A stretch of DNA of 63,081 nucleotides from positions 1-63,081 of the forward strand of contig DATEJX010000086.1 of the NCBI GenBank assembly GCA_035277785.1. Direction: 5' to 3'. The position numbers were made by a program, and so were the translations under genes. This stretch comes from Candidatus Angelobacter sp. GTDB taxonomy: Bacteria; Acidobacteriota; Terriglobia; Terriglobales; Acidobacteriaceae. Positions within the stretch are counted from its first letter, which is position 1. The number at the start of each line of letters is the position of its first letter. The notes below the pieces were generated by a model. The model was not told where the DNA came from, ran no database searches, and worked only from the letters and a program-made list of their open reading frames with translations. Of this stretch, positions 9,610 through 18,600 are shown piece after piece.

Positions 9610-12600
9610 ATGCGGGCGGCTACAAACAAAATCAATTGTTCCCCACTTTTGCGGGAGACAGGCACAAAACAGCAGGTCATGAAAGCCTGGGTTCTGGCAG
9701 CGTTGCTGCTGGCGTTCGCATTTGTGCTTCCTTCCATGGCGCAAGCCCAGGGCGGCTTCGTCTATGTGAACAACCAGTCATCGTCGAACTCGGTTTCTGC
9801 CTATAAGGCATCGGCGGCCGGGACGCTCACCCAGATTACCGGATCGCCATTTCTGACCGGCGGAGTGGGCTCCAGCGAGAGTTGCTATGGACTGAGCCGT
9901 TTGGCTGTGAGTTCCATCAACAATCTTTTGTTTGTGGCTAATACCGGTGACAAGTCAATCACGCCATTCCAGATCAATACCACGACGGGCGCGCTGACCA
10001 AGACTACCGGAGCTCCATTCGCCAGCGGGCTCACGGCCGATACGTGCCAGGGATTTTCGATTGCGGTGACGCCAGATGGGCAGTTCCTGATGGCAGCCAG
10101 CAACGGGCAGATCCGGACGTTTACAGTCGCCGCGAATGGCGCACTGACTTTTCTCAGCAGCACTCCAAACTGCTGCTCGCCGATTACAGGCCTTTCCATT
10201 TCACCGGATGGCCGCTTCCTGGCAGTCTCAAACGGAACCAGCATTTCCATGTTCACCATCAGCTCAGGTGTGCTGACGCCAGTGGCTGGTTCACCGTTTG
10301 CAAAGCTTGGCTCCGGAAGTCTTTCCGCGATGGATTTCAGTTGCATAGCCGATAGCAACGGTAACTTGCGTTTGTATTCAGGGGAAGCGACAACGACTCC
10401 CACGGCCGAAGGATGGCTTGTTGATCCAAACGGTGTTCTCACACCCACTACGGCTTCGCCCTACCACAGCAGCGGCACCAACTCAAATAACGTACTCTTG
10501 AGCCCTGACAACACACTGCTGTTCCAGAGCAACCAGTCCAGCACCAGTATCAATTCATTCGTGTTGAACCCTGATGGCAGCATCACCAACTCCGGCAAAT
10601 TTGGCGCCACCGGCCAGATTCACACGCCGGTGGGAATGTCGATTGATCAAAGCGGAACGTTCCTTTATGTCGCGGACGATTTGTTCGGTGTGGCAACCTT
10701 CAGAATCGGCGATGGCGGCATGCTTGCCTGGCTGCAGGACCTTGGAATCACGCGTCCCGGCCAGATCCGCGATGTAGCGGCATTTCCTCCTCGTTCCTGT
10801 GCCACAGCGGACGTAGTCCTTGGCGTAGATGCTCCAACTACAGCTGGCGCCGGCGTACCAATTCAATATACGGTTACAGTCACCAACAACGGTCCAGCCA
10901 CCGCTTCGGCGGTAGTTTCAGATATTCTGCCTGCGGAACTCACGTCCGGTGGAAGCACACTCATTGCGAACCCGAGTGGTGCAAGCCGCGTTAATACAGA
11001 TGGAACGCCAAATGTAAGCGGCACAGTCACCATCACCACCACAGTGCCTCATCAACTTTTCCCTGGTGAGAAAGTAACTGTCGGCTCGGTTCCCGCTCCA
11101 ACCACGCCGAATCCGATCCAGCAGGGCTTCTTCCTGACGGATCCGTCGTTCAATGGCGTGGTCACAGTTGACACGGTTCCAAGTCCGACTACATTTACCT
11201 ACACACAAAGTATTCCCCGGAACCAGTTCCCGGCTCCGACACTCCAGATCGTTGCCAGCAACGGCGCGCAGCGTATCGCCAATACAGTAACGATTACTGC
11301 TACACAGGTGTTCCAGTTGGCGCCCGGCACTCCGATCACGATTTCAGGAGTGGCCGACGGCAGCTTCAACGGTAGTTACACTGTGCTCTCGCAGCCGACG
11401 GCTAATACGTTCACCTATCAGCAGACCGGGACCTTGCCGGACGCACTCAGCGGCGGCGGAATCGTGACCGCGCCGATCAACGTTCCAGCCACAGATACAG
11501 CAGGCGGCGGCAGCATGAGCAGCCCAGCTTGCCAGATCACTCTCGGCACGGGCGCATGCGGCACGGCTACGTTCTCTCCGCGTCCGCCAATCGTAACTGC
11601 AATTCGCTCCGGCAATGTTGTGACGATTACCACAACAGTTCCGCACCTGATGACGGTCGGAAAGAAAGTCACAATCCAGAGCGTGGCGAACACCAGCTTC
11701 AACGGGACGTTCACCATCACCTCGGTTCCCTCCCCCACCAGCTTTACCTACGCTCAGACAGCGGCCAACGCCAGCAGCAGCGGCGGTTTGGTGGTTGCTC
11801 CCGGCCTGGTTGCGCAGTTGGTCACGTTGCCGAACTTGACGCAGAATGAATCTCGCAAGGTCCTGATTACCGGAACTACAGCGAGCTCCATTGCTGACGG
11901 GACAGTCGTTTCCAACCGAGTAACCATCAGCAACCTGTCTGTCATTGACAATCCCGCGGGTGACACCACGGTTTCAAAAGATGTAACCATTGGTTCGTCC
12001 GGCACCAGCGTAATTGCAGTGCCGACAGCAACCGGTCCTTACGGTGGAACGGCAGTGGTCACAGCCACTCTCCTGGATGGAAATGGTGTTCCAATTGTGG
12101 GCGCCACGGTCGGCTTCAATTTCAACCAGAACAACAGCCAATACAATGCAGTGACCGATGGCAGCGGCGTGGCCACAGCCAGCGTTCCTCTTGGATTCAC
12201 CACAGTAGGCACGCATGCTAATGCATTCACCGCGACATTTGGTGGTGACGCAACACATACCGGCAGCAGCGCAACCGCTGATCTCATTGTGACCAAGGCG
12301 GTCTTGACCGTAACCGCTGATAACCAGACGCGGCTCTATGGCGATCCCAACCCGCCGCTGACTTACACCATCACCGGCTTCGTTAACAGCGACACCATTG
12401 CAGTGGTGAGCGGGACAGCCGATTGCAGCACGACGGCAACCGTGACCAGCCCTGTGGGAACGTATCCCATCACCTGCACGCTCGGGACATTGAGCGCCAC
12501 CAACTACGACTTCAAATTCGTAGATGGCACTCTCACCGTAAACCCGGCGCCTCTGACGGTGAACGTGGATAACGCGACCCGGGCTTACGGCGATCCGAAT

Positions 12601-15600
12601 CCGACCTTCACCGGAACAATCGTCGGAATCAAGAACGGTGACAACATCACCGCCACCTACAGCACCACGGCCACGATCACCAGCTTCGTGGGAACTTATC
12701 CAATCACGGCAACCCTGTCTGACAACGGCACCGGCGCTCTGGCGAACTACACGGTAACCATCAATAACGGCACGCTGACGATTACGCCGGCCGCCCTGGT
12801 GGTGACGGCCAACAATGCGGCCCGCCTGTATGGCGATCCGAATCCGCCGTTCAGCGGCACCATCGCGGGAATCAAGAACAACGATCCAATCACCGCGACC
12901 TACACCAGCCCCGCAACCGAGACAAGCCCGGTGGGAACGTATCCCATCATCCCAACGCTCTCGGATAACGGCAGCGGTACTCTGGTGAACTATACGGTCA
13001 CGGCAAATAACGGATCACTGACTGTAAGCCCGGCGCCTCTCACCGTAACGGCGGCTGACGCGACCCGTCCCTATGGACAGCCCAACCCGGTGTTCACGGG
13101 AACGATTGTCGGAATCAAGAACAACGATCCAATCACGGCGACGTACAGCACAACCGCCACTCAGACCAGCCCGGCGGGAACCTATCCCATCGTGCCAACG
13201 GTTTCTGACGGAGGAACAGGGCTACTGAGCAACTACTCAGTAACTCTGATCAACGGCACTCTTACCATCACCCAGGCCGTACTTACGGTAAATGTCGCCA
13301 ACGCCAGCATGATCTATGGCGATCCTCTGCCGGTCTTTACCGGAACGATTACCGGAATCGTGAATAACGATCCCATCACTGCCACCTACAGCACCACTGC
13401 AACTTCGGCGAGCCCAGTCGGGACCTACCCGATTACGGCCACTCTGTCTGACAACGGCACAGGCGCCCTGGCCAACTACTCCGTGATAATCAACAACGGA
13501 GTGCTGACCATCAACCCGGCTCCGTTGACTGTGAATGTAGACAGCACGAGCCGTCTCTATGGCGATCCGAATCCTGTTTTCACCGGCTCGATCCTTGGAA
13601 TCAAGAATGCTGACCCGATCACGGCGATCTTCTCCACCACGGCCGATCCGACCAGCCCGGTAGGAACTTATCCCATCAACGCCACCCTGTCCGATGGCGG
13701 TACCGGTAAACTCACGAACTACACCGTGACCATCAACCCCGGCACGCTGACCATCAATCCGGCTCCGTTGACAGTAACTGCGGATAATGCCAGCAAGCTG
13801 TTCGGCACAGTGAATCCGCCTCTCAACGGTGTGATCATCGGAATCAAGAATGCTGATCCGATTACGGCCACCTTCTCCACCACCGCGACTGCAACCAGCC
13901 CGGTGGGAACTTATACGATCACTCCGGCCCTGAACGATCCGTCCGGCAAGCTCGGCAACTACACCGTAACGTCCAACAATGGCACGCTGACCGTGAACCC
14001 GGCTCCGACCGCGAACTTCCTGTTCGTGAATAATCAGGCGGCAGCCGGCAACAGCATCAACGGCTACTCGGTGGCCGTGGATGGCACGCTCACCGGTCTG
14101 GCCAGCTCGCCGACACTCACCGGCGGTCTGGGTGCGAACGTGGCCTGCTCATCTGTGAATCGCCTGGCTCTGAGCGCGGGCAACAACCTGTTGTTCGTCT
14201 CCAACGGCGGCGATCAGACGATCAGCGCCTTCTCCATCGATCCGACCAGCGGCGCATTGACTCCGGCGGCCGGTTCACCGTTTGCCTCGGGCCTGACGCT
14301 CGATGCCTGCAACGGAATCTCGCTGGCGGCAACGCCTGACGGGCAGTTCCTGATGGCGTCCAGCAATGGCCAGATCAAGACTTTCAGCATCGGCGCAGGT
14401 GGCGTTCTGACCGCGGTCTCCACTGCCTCGAATCCGGCAGCCCCGAACTCGAGCATGAAGATCTCGGCCAACGGACAGTTCCTGGCCGTCTCCAACGGAA
14501 CCAGCGTCTCGGTGTACACCATCTCCGGCGACGGCTCACTGAGCCCGGTTGCGGGCTCGCCCTTCGCGGAGACTGGCACGGCGACCCTGGCCGGTCTTGA
14601 CTTCAGCTCCACCAGCGGCCTGCTGTATGGCGCAGAAGCCAGCACAACTGGAGCCTTCGCGGATGCGTGGACTGTGGGCGTGAACGGCGCACTCTCTGCC
14701 GTTACCGGCAGCCCGTTCAGCGATACGAACCTGAACTCCAACGTTGTCCTGCTCAGCCCGGCGGATGGTTTCCTGTTCGCCAGCAACAGCGGCAGCGCGA
14801 ACGTGAGTTCCTACACCGTGGGTGCGGGCGGCGTCCTGACGAACGTTGTCAGCGCTGGCTCACTGCACTCTCCTGTGGGGCTCGCGACGGACCGCTCCGG
14901 CACGCTGCTCTTTGTGGCTGATGATGCCTTCGGCGTAGGCGTGTTCAACATCGGCGGCACGGGTTCGCTCACACAGCTCAACGACACGGCCATCAGCGGC
15001 GCAGGACAGGTCCAGGATCTGGTTGCCTATCCGCCGCGCATGGCCAGCAACGCTGACCTCAGCGTCGCGATCTCGGCGTCGTCCGCCAACGTGGTGGCCG
15101 GCCAGAACGTGAGCTTCACCATCACGCTAACCAACAACGGAGTTGATCCCGCTGCGGCCACCGTCACTGACGCGCTGCCCTCCGGCTTCAGCGTGGTCTC
15201 CTGCTCGGCAACCGGGAATGGCGCCTGCATCGGCAACACCGGCGCAGCCACCTTCTACCTCTTGCAGAGCGGCGAGAGCCAGACCGTCACTCTGGTGACT
15301 TCCACCAGCCTCTCGATCCCTGACGGCACCATCGCCAACAACAGCGTGAGCGTGACCAACGCTTCAGCAGTTGACGCGAATGCCGCCAACAATTCGGCCA
15401 GCGTGAGCGTGACCGTCGCGCAGCCGATTACCACGGTCCTGACCGTCGCGGCTACCAGCGGCACCTACGGCGGCAACACGAGTCTGTCAGCCACGTTGAC
15501 TGACGCGGGAAATAACCCAATCGCGGGTAAGACCATTAGCTTCTCGCTGAACGGCACGGCTGTGGGTAGTGCGGTAACTGACACCTTCGGAGCCGCGAGC

Positions 15601-18600
15601 GTTCCGGCCAGCCTGGTTGGCATCAATGCCGGAAGCTATCCGCTCGGCGTGACTGCCAGCTTCGCCGGCGATCCGAACAACAAGCCGTCCAGCGGCAGCG
15701 CAACTCTGACCGTAAATCCGGCTCTGCTGACCGTAACCGCAGGCAACGCCAGCAGAGTGTATGGTGATGCGAACCCAGTGTTTGCGTTCTCCATCACTGG
15801 ATTCGTGAATGGCGAGACCTCCGCGGTTCTGACCGGTAGCCCCGTCTGCACTACGGCTGCTGATCCGACCAGTCCGGTGGGAAGCTATCCGATTACCTGC
15901 ACGCAAGGTACGCTCAGCGCGCAGAACTACACCTTCACCTTCGTCGCCGGAGCCCTGACCATTACCCCGGCTCCGTTGACCGCAACGGCTGACAGCTTCA
16001 CCCGCTTGTATGGCGATCCGAACCCGACCTTGACGGGAACGATCACCGGTATCAAGAACGGAGACAACATCACCGCGGTTTATACGACCGCGGCGACCCA
16101 GACCAGCCCAGTGGGAACCTATCCCATCACGGTTGGCCTGGTTGACCCGACCAACAAGCTGGGCAACTACACAGTGACGCTGAACAACGGTGTGCTGACT
16201 ATCGCTCCTGCTCCATTGACCGTGACTGCGGCCAATGCGACGCGCGGCTTCGGCCAGCCCAACCCGGTGTTCACCGGAACTATCGTCGGGATCAAGAATG
16301 GCGATAACATCACCGCAACTTACTCAACCACTGCCACGGCCAATAGCCCGGCAGGAACCTATCCAATCATTCCCACTCTGAGTGATAACGGCACCGGAGC
16401 CCTGGCCAACTACAGCGTGACCGTCGTGAACGGCACGTTGACCATTACCCAGGCGACTCTCACGGTGACAGCAGACAACGCAAGCCGTCTCTATGGCGAT
16501 CCCAACCCGGTATTTACCGGCACGATCACGGGCATTCAAAATGGAGACAACATCACGGCGACTTACTCCTCCGTGGCTGATCCAACCAGCCCAGTGGGAA
16601 CCTACGCCATCGTCCCGACGCTGTCTGACAACGGCACCGGAGCCCTGGCCAACTACACAATCGTTGTGAATAACGGCGTACTCACGGTCAATCCTGCTCC
16701 GCTGACTGTGACTGTCGACAGCTTCAGCCGTCTCTATGGTGACCCGAATCCTGTTTTCACCGGCTCGATTCTGGGAATCAAGAATGGCGACGCTATCAGC
16801 GCGACCTTCGCTACCACAGCTGACGCAACCAGCCCGGTAGGTACTTACCCAATCGTGGCCACACTGGTTGATCCCACCAACAAGCTGGGCAACTACACGG
16901 TCACCATCAACAACGGCACGCTGACCATCAATCCTGCTCCGCTGACGGTAAGCGCGAATAATGCGAGCCGCCTGTTCGGAACGCCCAATCCTCCGCTCAG
17001 CGGAACGCTGACCGGCGTAAAGAACGGTGATCCGATCACTGCAAGCTTCTCCACCACAGCAACTGCAACCAGCCCGGTGGGAACGTATCCCATCACTCCG
17101 GCCCTGGCTGATCCGGCCGGTAAGCTCGGGAATTACACGGTAACTTCCAACAACGGCACGCTGACGGTGAATGCGGCCCCGACAGCCAACTTCGTGTTCG
17201 TCAATAACCAGGCTGCCAGTGGCAACAGCATCAACGGTTACTCAGTGGCCGTAGATGGCTCGCTGACCGCTCTGGCCAGCTCACCGACACTCACCGGTGG
17301 CCTTGGCGCGAACGCAGCTTGCTCGTCTGTGAACCGCCTGGCTCTCAGCGTCGGCAACAACCTGCTGTTCGTCTCCAACGGCGGCGACCAGACCATCAGT
17401 GCCTTCACCATCGATCCGGCAAGCGGCGCGTTGACCCCGGCAGCGGGCTCACCGTTTGCTTCCGGTCTCACGCTTGATGCATGCAGCGGCATCTCGCTGG
17501 CTGCAACGCCGGACGGCAACTATCTGATGGCGTCCAGCAATGGCCAGATCAAAACCTTCAGCATCGGTGCAGGTGGAATTCTCTCTGCGGTTTCCACTGC
17601 AGCCAACTCGGTTGCGCCGAATGCCAGCATGAAGATCTCTGCCAACGGACAGTTCCTGGCCGTCTCCAACGGAACCAGCGTCTCCGTGTACACCATCAAT
17701 GCTGATGGCTCGCTCACGGCAGTGGCGGGCTCACCGTTCGCGGAGACCGGCACAGCAACGCTGGCTGGTCTTGACTTCAGCTCAACCAGCGGCTTGCTCT
17801 ACGGAGCAGAAGCCAGTGCAACTTCATCTCTCGCAGATGGCTGGACCGTCGGCGCTAACGGCGTGCTCTCAGCCGTTGCCGGCAGCCCGTTCAGCATCGG
17901 CGCGATTAATTCCAACGTCGTACTCCTCAGCCCGAATGACGGCCTGCTGTTCGCCAGCAACCAGGGCAGCGCAAACGTCAGTCTGTTCGGCGTGAGCGCA
18001 GGCAGCCTCAGCAGCCTGGGCTCCTTCGGCGCGCTCCATGCTCCTGTGGGCATGGCAAGCGATCGCTCCGGCAGCTTGCTTTACGTGGCTGACGATACCT
18101 TCGGTGTAGGCGTGTTCCGCATCGGCGCCGGCTCACTCTCACAATTGAGTGACAGCGCCATCGGCGGCGCAGGCCAGGTCCAGGATCTGGTTGCCTATCC
18201 GCCGCGCATGGCCAGCAATGCTGACCTCAGCGTCGCAATCTCGGCTTCGTCACCCAGTGTGGTGGCGGGTCAGAACGTGACCTATACCATCACCTTGACC
18301 AACAACGGCGCAGATCCGGCGGCAGCCACAATCAGCAACGTCCTGCCGGCCGGCTTCACGCAGACCTCGTGCAGCGCAACTGGAAATGGCGCTTGCATCG
18401 GCAACTCTGGTGCAGCCAGCTTCTACCTGCTGCAGAGCGGCGAGTCGCAAACAGTCACTCTGGTGGCGTCTATCAGCCTGTCTGTTGCCGATGGCACTGT
18501 TGCAACGGACAGCGTGAGCATCACCAACGCCTCGGCAGTTGATCCGAACGCTGCGAACAACTCGGCCAGCACCAACGTGACTGTTGGCCAGCCTGCCACC

